DNA of 63,983 bases, the filler included, from Collodictyon triciliatum (taxonomy: Eukaryota), in the NCBI GenBank assembly GCA_043381765.1. It is 6 parts of 6 records of this genome, joined end to end, with 100 filler letters (N's around TTAATTAATTAA, not from the genome) between each part and the next. Parts side by side here need not be neighbours in the genome. Positions count along the whole stretch, not along the records: positions 35,866 to 47,712 come from JBHJMP010002296.1; positions 47,813 to 59,659 come from JBHJMP010002297.1; 4 more parts are not named here. One strand, given 5' to 3'. A model generated the notes under the pieces. It was not told the origin of the DNA, did not search any database, and worked only from the letters and a program-made list of their open reading frames with translations. Position numbers and translations under genes: made by a program. Shown here in pieces: positions 44,550 to 57,275 of this stretch. Numbering within the stretch: position 1 is the first letter of the stretch; each line of letters starts with the position of its first letter.

Positions 44550-47500
44550 TTAGTGTTTTTTTGAAGAGTCGGCGGATTCCGATGCGGTGGGGGAAGTTCT
44601 ATGTCCACCGTATCTGCACAAACAACATTCTAAAACAGAAAGACACAGTAAAAAAAAAAGGATAGCTATTATTAAAAGAATTTTTTTTTTAAAAAAAAGG
44701 GAAAAAACAATAAACAAAACATCAACACTTTTTTCTCTCCTATTTTTTTCATGTATTTCATTCTTTTTCATATTCTTTCCACATATTTAAACGAGAACTG
44801 ACGCAGTGTAATTGCTTCTTGTAGATGTTAATTCATTAAAAAAAAAAAAAAAGACACCAAAAATTTTCTATATCATGCTATTTCATTTATAATTCAATCA
44901 AACATGGTAGGGGTCGCTGTCCAATAAAGCCACCAGCCTTTGGTTGAATGTGTGTAGAATATAAGGAAGGGGCAAATCATTGATATCGTATCCAAAGGGC
45001 TGCTCAATTTGCCCAGCCACCTACACATATGAATCATACCAAAAGGAACATGTAAATCTCTTAAAGAGAACCTACTGGTGGGGTTTATTTCTTTACTCCT
45101 ATCTTTCTTCCGACCCAATGGCATGTATTTAGACTTCATAATGTAATTTACATACCTCGTTCAGTGAAAAACACCCAGTCACTGTGAAAAATACCAAAAG
45201 AGCAGCCTGGATAAATTGGAAATATTCATGTTAAAACCATGCCAGCTAGACTACATCTTCACTAAATCATAATCATAATCATAATGAAAAGAATGAAAAG
45301 AATGAAAATGGGTGCGCTCTGAAAACGAATGAAGTAGACAAGCCGATTGCTCATTAACAATTATTGAGCAAAAGTAAAATTATAATAATTCACTTTACCA
45401 TGGAAGTCGATTTTATGTATGCGGTCACCATTATAGGCGTAGTGAACATGAATACAAGTAATAAAACTAGAACAAGCTGCGCATATCTGTAAATAATGGT
45501 GTAATTGGGGGTTACTAATAGTGAGACATGAGTAAATCACCCTTATCATCAGGACAATAATTAAAATAGTATGACATCATGAAATCTAAATCGATCGGAG
45601 GCAAACTTTATTAATAAATCATCTGTTTAAAACACTACTCGACTGTAGATGTGGTAAATTCGATCCATCACAATACTTATATTTGTCAACTTACGGGAAT
45701 GGAAATGGAATCTCCACCAACTTTAAACATTGAGAGTAAGCAGCGAGCCCATCCGTCAGTTGGTTCATGCATCTGGAAAGGTTTTTTTTTAAGAACAAAT
45801 AAAGGGTGGATTCAATCAGCCAAAACTCAAAAGAAGACAAACCTTCCTGTAACTGGTGGTGGGATAAACATGCCACCTTGCTTCAGTCTTTCAAAAAGAA
45901 GCCTTCATTAAAAACATAAATTAAATGGATAATTCTTACAAGAATGATTTTACTCCAGCTAATGAAAACATCTTAAGGTGAAAGTGGAGCATGAATTTCA
46001 TAGGAAATAGAAATGAAGATAAGTATCGTCATGAAAATGTCAAAGATCAGGGTGTCCCTTGTTTACATAGGCGAAGGTAATAAGATACCTCGTAATCCAC
46101 ACGTAGACACGAAACGTAGGGTCGTCAGTATATTCAACCCCATTGAATGAGCAGTTCAGCAAATTATGCTCGACCTTATGAATTTTTTTTTTAATTTTCA
46201 GAACGGATTCAACAAACCAACAACAGCCATATTAATGATTCTTTTAGCAAGAGTATGACCAATGAAAACGACATTGATGAAATCGGTGGAAACATAGATA
46301 CCAATTGTCATGATATATGCTCTTACCTCAGAAATTCCTCCTATCACTGGAAATGTATAAATAACCTCCTTAGACTGTGTTTGTGTAGATGTCGCTGTAG
46401 TCCGCGGAGTGTTCAAATACTCCATATTTAATTCAGATAATGAACCCTGTAAGAAATTTCACTCATCCATTAATCAAAAGCGCACAGGTTCAATACAAAA
46501 AAAAATAGAGCATTCATTTTTTAACAAAAAAAAAGCATAAAAATTAACTTGAAACATCGAACTCTCTTGGCGAATGGATGGACTTTCTGATCGCATCACA
46601 TCATCCATGGTTCCATCAATAATGAAGTTGGAAATGTGCAATTCTCCATTCATTCTTTTCGATTCAGCAGAAACTACCGCGGTGTGTCTATACACTTCAC
46701 GGACATCACCAACATATGATTTTATTTTCTTTTTAATGCGGACTATGTGCGCCCTTTTCAATCCTTTTCTATCTATGGTGGGAATCGTTTAAAGTCTGTT
46801 GTCCGCATTTACCGAAATATATAACAATAAAATGCAATAGATTGTCGAGGAATAAAGTAATTTTGCTAGATGCTTTACGCATTTTTCCGCTCAGGTTCTG
46901 GAAAGCGATGCCCATCATCAATGAAAAATAGTGAATCATGCAAAGTCGATAGTCCTTGAAATTGTGCTCGTCTGGAGACCTTTCATCGCCAACGACAAAC
47001 TATCAGCCCACGTGAAAACAAGGGGTTATTTCCTTAATTCCTTGTGATATTCCTGGCTTGTTCTTTTTTTTTTGCATCAGAAATCATATCCTTTCTTACT
47101 TAATCAGTCAATTATATCTGATGAACAAACATAAAAACAAAAGCAGATTATTATTCTCTGATATAAAGTATATCAAACCGTCATTGCAGCATCGCTCCAT
47201 GAATTAAACATTTGAAATAGGCGCGTGCTAAATCAATCAGACATCACCATTTTTAGAGTTATTTTACACCAATATAAAAAAGATATATGTAAAAGGCTTT
47301 GATTACTCTCTGAAAGAAAATATTACAGACCATCCATCCATGAATCGCGAGTACGCCATATTAGAACGAAAGACAATTAAAAACGTAACGATACCAGAAA
47401 AAACCTGCTCAATTATGTGAATCGTTGTCGATAGTCATAAGATAACAATTAAAAAATATGAGGTCAAATGAAAAAGAAAAAAGTTAATGACATTACATGT

Positions 47501-47607
47501 ACTGTTGATGTAATATAGATTAATTTTTAATTAGTATTACAGCGTGCCCGTGGGGATTCTTGAAGTTTGTAGTGTTATCGTAAAATCCCCCAAATAGAGA
47601 AAGCATT
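44550..47607 (-). CDS. Bestrophin/UPF0187-family anion channel, about 12 exons, 5'-partial
   Basis: Spliced FLIVFRSNMAYSRFMDG, GGMFIPPPVTGRCMNQLTDGLAAYSQCLKLVEIPFPFPYAQL and SLNE|VAGQIEQPFGYDINDLPL are bestrophin signatures; stop at 44550. Confidence 0.9.
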
Positions 47608-47611
47608 CTAT

Positions 47612-47710
<99 letters not shown>

Positions 47711-49369
47711 TTNNNNNNNNNNNNNNNNNNNNNNNNNNNNNNNNNNNNNNNNNNNNTTAATTAATTAANNNNNNNNNNNNNNNNNNNNNNNNNNNNNNNN
47801 NNNNNNNNNNNNGGATGTTTTAGTTGAGATAAAATAACACTGAACATTAAATTAGTCGCTCTGGTCGGTATTCGCCACGACATTAGGCAAGCGTGCGGCG
47901 TTGAGATAGCTTTTGTTGTTATGAGAACGTATTGGTGATAATATATAGATGTAAACGCCCGCGCTAATTGAGAGCAATCGTGATTTCTTTCCTTGAAAAT
48001 GTACATCTTGGTTGGTGATTGAATGATGGTGCAAGGTTGATGTCGACCGGTAAGTGGTTCAATTTGAAAATCGCCTCAATTTTTCCGTGGACTATTTTTT
48101 ATTTTTTACATCCTGACGACGTTCCATCAATCATTGCATCCAGAAAATAGACGAAACAATGAGGCTGGGATGGGGAACGTGATATGAGGATTTTACCATT
48201 GCGAGTTGCTTCGTTGTGATAATCCTAAAAGGTGTCTATATGCGGAAAATACGTGGAATCTGTTGCTTGAACAGTAATTATATTGGTAATCAGGATAATT
48301 ATGATAAAAATTAGCAACCAGTCGTAGCTTACTAATTATTAGTTCTCATATAACTTCTCTTGAATCTGCATAATGCCAGAAGTTGATAGACGTTATTTTC
48401 TATTGGGTCACTTGGCGTCACTTTGAATCGTCATCTGCCACAATTATTTTACAACTTCAGCCACAAAGTGCTGGAGATTTATATATCGTTTGACATGTAC
48501 GCGCACAGAAATGAGCGCCTCGAGGGTCTTTCAATATAGGAAGAAAAAAATTACAAAGGACAAAGTGTCACTTTTTTAAATCAATATTCACAATTACATG
48601 GTATTTTCCAAGAATTCATGAATTTTTGCAAAGAAAAAACAAAAAGATTTTCATTGAAGACCTATTTTTTGCTTAGCTTTTTGTCAAAATATTTTTTCTT
48701 TCATACATATTGAGAAAATTAGTTTCCCTTCGTTTCTTGGAGAAAATAATCACATCTTTTCATTCGAGATTGTAGAGCTTTGGGGAAGAACAACTATATA
48801 AATACCCTCCATTCATTTTTATCTTCAAGAAATAACAGAGGATGAAAAAATGAAATAATTTCTTGACCCTCAGAAACCCACATGCCTGAGCATTTATTTT
48901 GATAAGCTTCGAGGATGTGAATTCAACTTCGTAATTAAAATTGTGGCAGACAAGTTAAAAATTTTTTATTGGGAACAATATTTTTCAGTTTTTTGAAAGA
49001 ATCGCGCACCTGCAAAAATATTCTCGACCACTATTTGATTAACTATTGAAGCAGAGGTTTTTTTTATCAACGCTAAGCTGAAATTCTGGGTTGGATGAAT
49101 GAAATGTAGTGTAATCAACGATGCAACCAGTGAAAGGGAAAACCAAACAAGCGCATAAAACATAAAAAAACATAAAAAACATAAAAAACATAAAAAAACA
49201 TAAAAAAACATAAAAAACATAAAAAACATAAAAAACATAAAAAACATAAAAAACATAAAAAAACATAAAAAAACATAAAAAACATAAAAAGCAGAAAAAC
49301 AGAAAAAAACAGAAAAACAGAAAATAAATTTAAATTTTTGCCATATTCACGTTCAAATAAAAGGAAAAG

Positions 49370-49870
49370 ATGGAAAAAGCAGTCTGTCCTTACTGCACCA
49401 AGGAATTATCCTCAAAAAGAAATCGCCGATTGCATCTAAATATTTGCAAACTCAACCCGGAGCGTCATCAAATTGTATTTCTGTGTGCTGATTGTCCAAC
49501 ATGGAAAGGTTTCTCGGAGCAAGCTCGCAAAGAACACCTTAAATCAAAAAATCATCAAAGGAATACCGTCAATACTTTAAGAATTAAACAAAATATCTAT
49601 TCGTTCCCACATGAATATCAATTTTCACAAAAACAACCTCCCATGATTTCATCACGGAGAGGCCATCTCCCTTTTAACTATCTAGATATCGTGTTGAATC
49701 CTGAACTTTCCTCAGAACATAAGAGTGCGGATGTTGCCTCTGATTTAACTGAAAAAAGTAAAAACATGTTCAACCTGAGCACGAAAACTGAACCCACAAT
49801 AAATGCTGCGTTGTGTCTCCTCCATCTAGCACATCGATATACCCATAAACCGAATTCGGCAATCTATTGA
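49370..49870 (+). CDS. Intronless 166-aa zinc-finger protein
   Basis: CPYC-x12-HLNIC (C2HC) and CADC...HLKSKNH (C2H2, matrin-like spacing); C-terminal AALCLLHL. Confidence 0.75.
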   Translation: MEKAVCPYCTKELSSKRNRRLHLNICKLNPERHQIVFLCADCPTWKGFSEQARKEHLKSKNHQRNTVNTLRIKQNIYSFPHEYQFSQKQPPMISSRRGHLPFNYLDIVLNPELSSEHKSADVASDLTEKSKNMFNLSTKTEPTINAALCLLHLAHRYTHKPNSAIY

Positions 49871-50038
49871 GCATGAACATCATGAAATCATAAAGTTATA
49901 ATGGAATAGTTGAAATATGGGTCTCACAAATGACTTGTATTGACTTTATCATTATCAACAAAGATCTGTTTTATTTGGAACAAATAAATAGCAAAAAAAA
50001 TTTTAAGTTTCATTTTTTAATAAAATTACATTTGTTCA

Positions 50039-50444
50039 AAGGCGGTTGATTTGGATAGCGCGCACATACTCGCGCAAAGCAAGACTCAACAACCAGCCAC
50101 CCATTCCTGATAACAGGCTGAATGATATCATACAAACATCTTTCCTCAACGGCTTTCTTCGCCACTTGCACGTTCCCTACTACTCAGACCCTGTGGGAAG
50201 TAAGATGTGGAAAGGATCTGATAAGGAGATTAAACATCGCCTTGTCTCACTCATGCAAGCACAAGACCCAGGCTACAGGCCAAACCGTAGGATGCAATTC
50301 CTGATTACCGACTACTTCTCCGCCATCCGGACACCAAGTAGCGTCCATGCAAGCGATGGCTAGCGAACCAAAGCAAAAAACGCACCATCTCGCACAAAAT
50401 TGAAAGGATGAATAATAATAATAAAAAAAGAGGGCGATTGATTT
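50039..50444 (+). mobile_element. 5'-truncated family A LINE retaining the ORF2 C-terminus (ORF to 50363), 3' UTR and A-rich tail
   Basis: Family A tail (GAACCAAAGC...CACCATCTCGCACAAAATTGAAAGGATGAATAATAAT) immediately after the TAG at 50363; imperfect TSD AAGGCGGTTGATTT / AGGGCGATTGATTT (12/14). The peptide aligns with the LINE at 57.3-58.0 kb. Confidence 0.85.
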
Positions 50445-50785
50445 AATCACCGTGACAAATAGTTTCGTAAATTAAAATCTCATCGATTTAATAAAATATA
50501 TTAAAATCAATAAACGTTAATAATTAGAGAAAATCATGATAATTTCCTCTGGTGGAAAAAAGGCTGCAGATTACCCAAATATCCAAAAAAATCTCTTTAA
50601 ATGTACATTAATACAGTCATATATAAAATCATCGACAATATCCTCACAAATCTCATAATGGGTCGATTTGCCAGAACCATATGCATTACAGACTCGCCTA
50701 TAGATAAACTATGAAAGCAAGCCTCCATATATCAGCTACTTCTAAAGCACCGCATCCTATTTTCAAATATCTCTAATATAATATA

Positions 50786-50958
50786 TTATCAACCCTTTCA
50801 GATTCATAGTGATGAACCATGAATCCAGCTTCCGTACCCTGCTGGCCTGCACCCTTATTCGACACGTATTCCTGCTTTCAACCAAGTCGCATACAACTTC
50901 GTCGGACTGTAAAATATCTAAAACCCCTTCCTTCTCTTGAATCGAATAAAGGAAAAAA
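50786..50958 (+). mobile_element. Retroelement 3' fragment (family B) ending TTGAATCGAATAAAGG(A)n
   Basis: Similar inverted copy at 51702-51875; same terminal motif as the LINE tail at 57276-57302. Confidence 0.75.
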
Positions 50959-51701
50959 TCTCCAAAATATATACGTGCAGACATCCGATCAGGTCATTAC
51001 ATGAATTAACCCAATCTCACATTAAATATAGTAAAAGAGCAAATATTTTATTTCAAATTCTGCCACAGCTACACCCAGGCGATTAGCATATGAGTGGTCT
51101 GCATGATCAATTCATTATCCATGATATTTGGATGTGTCATCTACGACCCCATGGGCTAAAATATGGCATTGTCACTCTTTCTTCAACAATTTTTCATTAA
51201 TGTTGATGAAATTAAGCACCATAATGTTATAATGAATGAGATAATTGTAAGTTAAAAATTAAAAGACCTTTAGTTATCATCAATCACACACAAAGGTAAA
51301 ATTTTAAGCAAAAATTTTTTATTAAATATATTGGAGTTGCACCGATTTGCACCAACAAAATTCATTGCGTATGTTTAATTTATAAAAAACCGTAATATAA
51401 AAAAATAGCCTCATTTTTAAACCGCAAAATACCATTTTCTTAAAGATAATTTCTTCTCTGCCCCGGTAACTAATTATTAAATGAGGGTAAGAAACTGAGG
51501 CTAACCTCTGTCTTCTTGAAAAAATCAAAATTTATTATAATTCGTGATCTCCTCTTATGAGGTCTCTTTAATGTATTAGTCTTACCTAAGTCATTTTCAT
51601 CTATTTCTTTGCACATAAATCCCCTACATCGAATTTTTGCAATAAATTAATTATAACAGTTGAAATGAGATGATGTGAGATTGGTTCTCTGAGAAAAGCA
51701 C

Positions 51702-51875
51702 TTTTTTGCTTTATTTGATTCAAGGGAAGAAAGGGGTTTAAATATTATACAGTACAACGTAATTGCTTGTGTCTTTTTTAAAAGCATGAATGCGTGTCGA
51801 ATAAGGGTGCAGGCCAGCAGGGTACGGAATCTGGATTCATGGTTCATTACTATGAACCTGAGAGGGTTGAGAATA
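51702..51875 (-). mobile_element. Second family B retroelement 3' fragment (may extend to about 51955)
   Basis: The reverse complement shares GAACCATGAATCCAG.TTCCGTACCCTGCTGGCCTGCACCCTTATTCGACACG and ends TTGAATCAAATAAAGC(A)6. Confidence 0.75.
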
Positions 51876-53110
51876 ATTAAAACTCTAGAGAGCTGCCACT
51901 ACCAGAAGCCCTGACCTGGATTTGATCAGAGGCCAAATGTCCCCACGGAGGCAAATGATTAAAAACATACTTTAGGTTTTAAAAAGTTTTTCAATAATAA
52001 GTACTTCTTTCGCATTTGTTACAGTTTGAATATATAATTGTAATTCTGATTTATTTATATATTTTTTATGACGGTTTTTACTTAATATTCCTTAAATCAT
52101 TTTAAATAAAATGAAACACTCGCTTACTTTTGCATGGCTGTTATGAATCAATTATGAATAGCCATTTTTTAACCCATATAAAATATCCTTTCTCAGTCTT
52201 ATTATATCCAATACTAAAGAACACTGACATCTTTAAAAATGACACATTTTACCGCGATTTTTAGTATATTTCATTTAAATTGGACGAAATAACTGTATTC
52301 AATTGAATTTTTGAATTTTTCCCGCCCATTTAAAGTAAGATTCTATTCTCTATGTAACGGTTTTTTTAGTGCCCAACAGCTAAATGAACTAATTGTAGCC
52401 TTAGCTAAGTTTTGAAAAGCTAAAGCAGCTAATTTTGTTATTTTTTAGTGTAATGCGGAGCTGGTTCAATTTTATATTTAAGCAGATAGACTTTCCCCCT
52501 TTTTAAAGGTTTATTTAAGTATAAATGCTTTTCAACGTTTATAAACTGGCAAGATCTATTTTGATATAAAAACTTCATTTTTGGTCTATTTAAAGAGCTG
52601 CAATATCGTGTAGATATTTGTCCTTTTCATTTTGGTCAAAAAAGCATAATCAAAAGACCAAATTTATAGAACGTTTCTAACAATCACCCAATAATATCGC
52701 TCTATTGATTGCCTACAGAATCATTGAATATTAATGCCAAATATTAAAATTCTTATATTATTTGCAATAAGTGAGTTTAAAACTGCACTGCGATAATTTT
52801 CTCATTCACCAGTACATATCTACTACCTAAGAGCGATTTATCAATGATACACAGAAAATGGGCTAATTTTTGAAAAATGAAAAGCCACTAAAGGATGTAA
52901 TTTTATGGTCATATAGCCAAATTTTAAATATTATGAGAACACAATCACATATCTGCACAGATTATCTATAGGGAAAATTTGCCTTGGTTGACTAGTCTTT
53001 GTTTGCATAGATACCACACAATTCAAAACATGTTGTTGTCTCTATTGCATCGATCATAATAATGAAACAAGTTACATTTTCTTGAATTATGTTTTATTTT
53101 AATAATAGAA

Positions 53111-56100
53111 ATGGACAATCGCATCTCGGAAAAGCCTAGGGTGTCCATAGCATCTAATGAAACTTCTGATCCTAAAGGACCGAACAATAATGCTTGGGCT
53201 GAGGTAGTTATTGTACAATATCATATAAATTTAGTATTTTAAATAATTTCAATATTTAAATTTTATTTTGTGTTAAATCAACAAATAAAATCAATATTTT
53301 AATATTTTAATTAATGAAACGGACATTATTGTGATCGTATTCCACTCAAAACTTCTTAGGAAGATATAAGAAGCACCATCAATCGCACCATATCACTGAG
53401 GAATTCAATCTTGCTACTAACTTTCTTTTCAGTCTTATCTGTTGCATTAGTCAGCGTTATTCCGTCTTATACATTCGGTTTTTCGGTAATAAATACTATT
53501 TATGATAAATAATAGTATTTTTAATTAAGTGAACATTATCCATCAATCGTTTTTTCTAAAACAGAAATATCTTTTATCTCTGATCTGAAACAGTCTGTAA
53601 ATGATTTATCGAATCAACTGCAAGTGCAGGTTAATTTTTAATAGAAACTTTGTAATATTGTTTTAATAGTACATTACATGAAATCAAGATATATGTACTT
53701 CCTAGTAAATAAGTTAATGAATTTTGACAGACCGTAGAACGCATAAAACAAGAAATTCAGGGATCCTTGGATACACCTCATGAAATTCTTCGTTCACTAG
53801 AGGCTCAAATTTTTCAGCTAAAAATGGAAATGACACAAATGAAGTGCAACAACTTCACTATACGATTATTAACCTTTGGATTAGTTGAGGTACATTGATT
53901 TTTTTTAGAAAATTATTTTTCATTCACTAATATTATCATCAGAAAGCGAAATACATGTCCCAGGCAATGATTGGATTTGAAGATGGTGGAGTCATATGTA
54001 ATAATTTATTTTCTAAAGAGCCATACGAATTTCATTCTGCAGTATTATTTGACTTTTGGTCGTTAATTATATCTATTTTAAGGTATGGTCAAAGACAAAG
54101 GTCCCATTTCATTTGGCTGCGCATCTCCTGAGACCAACTATGAACTTAGAGATGGATATGTTACTAGAGATACAATAATGAGTCCATTCAACGAAATTAA
54201 GATACACAACATCAAACTGGGATACAATTCCACTGCGAGACCGTGGTATTATATAAATAAAAATAATTTAGAGGTCATAGATGGATTTTTTCTTCAAAAA
54301 ATATTTTTATTATAAAAACAAATAGGTACAGTTTAGCTAAAATCAGGAAAGGACCAACATGGACTCATGTGCATACGGCAGTTGTAGTGGGTGGTGGAGT
54401 TCTGAATGTTCTTGCTTCTAGACCGATATTTGGTGACTCGAATGAAAGTAATTCCAAATATTGAGATATATTAATTGATAATTCATGTTTATAATTTCTA
54501 TTTGATAACATCACACCATAAATCAATTTAATTTAAATTTCATTCGATTACATTTTGGAACGCCCTTGGGTTATTAGCCAAAGTTGTGGCTGTTGTTGGC
54601 CTTGGGAACAATCTGAACCTTATTCAAGAAAAATTGAAGAGCATTAGAATAAGCGAGAATGGAGAAGCATATATTCTTCAAAAAGTTTGTTCTGTATATA
54701 AGACAGTCAATATTAAATTACCACAATTAAACATGTTTCATTAAATTTAGTTTTTGTTATTTTAATTCAAAGGATGGAAAAATCATTGCAAATACTTTGG
54801 GAGTCCCTAATTTTGATAAAGATGTCAAAATGGTTCATTATAAGGATTCCAAAAACCAACTCATGATAAAGTCCGCAGATGTAATATAGTTTTTTTATAA
54901 ACATAATCACCTCTTGATGGCAACTTATAAACGTGATTAAATAAAACTGTAGAAGCTGAAAAAATTGCCAGATGCAAGTTTCGAAGCTATTCAAGGAATA
55001 AAAACGTTTTCCATTTACAAAGGAGACGAAGAATATTTGACATTTGCTACAACATTGGTCGATCCAAGGGGAGGGATAGAATGGGTACATAATCAAATAA
55101 ATATTTGCACAATATAAACTGAATTATATATACCCATGTTTGAAAACTAATCCTCAGCATGTATTAATAGACAGTTGTCATTCTGATTCCTCGCAGTGAT
55201 ATGTTCGCAAAGGTAGATAGAATGATTGTTCTATCATCCTCTCTCACTGCCGCTCTGTTCGTTGTGACACTAATTATCACTATGGTGGCTTCATCTTACA
55301 TTAGCAGGTAGTTCAATAATAATGGTATGACTCTCATTACATAAATTGATATCTACAAAATACTATTAATTTTCTATTGAAATCTATAAATTTTAAATAA
55401 CAGACCACTTAACGTTGTTGCTGACGCCATGCAAAACATCTCCAAGCTCAACTTTGAAAAAAAAACCTCGGTTATTAGACCTATAATTTATTAAAAAAAT
55501 GCTTCCTCACTCCTAAAATATTTTAAAATTTTTTTCTAATTTTATTTTAGAGTGACTCCAGTTCTACACTTCGTGAGATTCGAATGATTCAATCGTCGTT
55601 CCAGGTTCTAAAGAATGAATTTAACTTTCCTGAGACTTTTTTGGTGCAAAAAAAAATATCTTGGCGCTTATTATCATTCCACTATGCAGGTAATGGACAC
55701 AGCCCTTCAGTCGTTCGGAAAATTCGTCCCCATGGCGGTTGTAAAGAGAATTGTCGCTGACTCAAGTAATCAAGGTCAATTATTCCTGGACCGCAGGAAT
55801 GTAACTGTCATGTTCACTGGTAATATGAATCTAAGTGGCATTTTATATATCAAAGAGATTTTAAAATACTTCAAATATTGATAATAAACGTCTTCATTTC
55901 TACTTAAAGTATGGAAAAAAGAATCACCAAGACAATATCTTACCGAAATATACTATAGATATCGAAGGGTTCACTACTTTGTCGGAATCCATATCTGCCG
56001 AAGCCTTAGTAGAAATTCTAGCAGATTACCTTGAAGAAGTCTCCAGCATCATCATAGCTACAGGAGGAACTGTTGTAGACTTTATAGGCGACGCTGTTGT

Positions 56101-57130
56101 GGTAATTTAAGAAAACAGAGTTTATCGTCACACCCATTTCTCGCGACTAATCCATTTTTTATTTTCAAAATAAAGGCAATATGGAATGCTCCCACTGATG
56201 TTCCTGACCATGCTCTCTGTGCATGCATATGCGCAGTACGATATACCGTAAGTTCATTCAGATTGAATTTTTGTAACCTTGTCAATAATTTTTGGAATGA
56301 AATTTCTGTCAATCGACTTTGTTACATATAAATATGTATTTTCATATGAGCAGCGCGTGATGGGAGAGCTGAACAGCAAGTGGATATCAAAGAGACTTGT
56401 CAAGGACCCTCTCAACGTGCGAATTGGGATACACACAGGTCCCGTGTATGCTGGAAATATCGGGTCATCCAAGCGCATGAAGTACGACTCTATTGGAGAC
56501 ACAATGAACCTGGCGTCGAGGTGCAGATATATTCAATTTTCTCTGTTGGTCGCCCTCACCTATCTTAGTTTTATTATTCAATTATTGCAATATGACAGTT
56601 CAGTCTCAATAGTGTCGAGCAACATGGTTAATCAGAAAAATAGTAAAATATGGTTTTTTTTTCAGGCTCGAGGGTTTAAACAAGCGTTACAAAACAAATG
56701 TCATCATAAGCGAGGAGACGCGCAATTCTATTCAACCTCGCATGATATCTAGACCTCTTGAATACGTGGTGGTGAAAGGAAAGTATGTCAAATACAAATA
56801 CACTCATTATTCGAGTGATTGCTTTAAATCATATGAGATTGATAAAAAAAAATATGAATTATTTGCAGAACAAGCCGAACTCAAATCCACGAATTGCTTG
56901 CCGATACTCAAGAAAGTGGAGAGCATGATGTCAGCAAAGCAAATTCCAAACAAAGCGCATCGATGCCATTCCAACACTTTACCCAGATGACCAGCCCGCA
57001 GAAAAATGATGCCATTAGCCATCTGAGCGACTACTGCGACACCAACCCGTCTGACAGACCAATGAGGGTGCTGATGGGTATAGTGAGCGCACCGAATTAC
57101 GATGGTGTGACCATTTTGGACGAGAAGTGA
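53111..57130 (+). CDS. Receptor-type class III nucleotidyl cyclase (TM-Cache-TM-HAMP-cyclase), many short exons
   Basis: Cache-like YNSTARPWY...GPTWTHV and ENGEAYIL; HAMP ISRPLNVVADAMQNI...REIRMIQSSF; cyclase motifs VTVMFT|DIEGFTTLSE, DFIGDA, VRIGIHTGPVYAGNIGS, YDSIGDTMNLASR|LEGLNK, VKGK and DGVTILDEK*. Confidence 0.94.
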
Positions 57131-57275
57131 GACACTTGAAATCACACCAGTCCAGATAGGCACATCATGGATGATATCTGAGACTTACATCCAGTAAAAG
57201 TTGGATAACATTTACAACCAAGCAAGCTGAAATAAAAGCTATGAATCTAAAAGAGCTTTTTCCATTCGACGGGTG

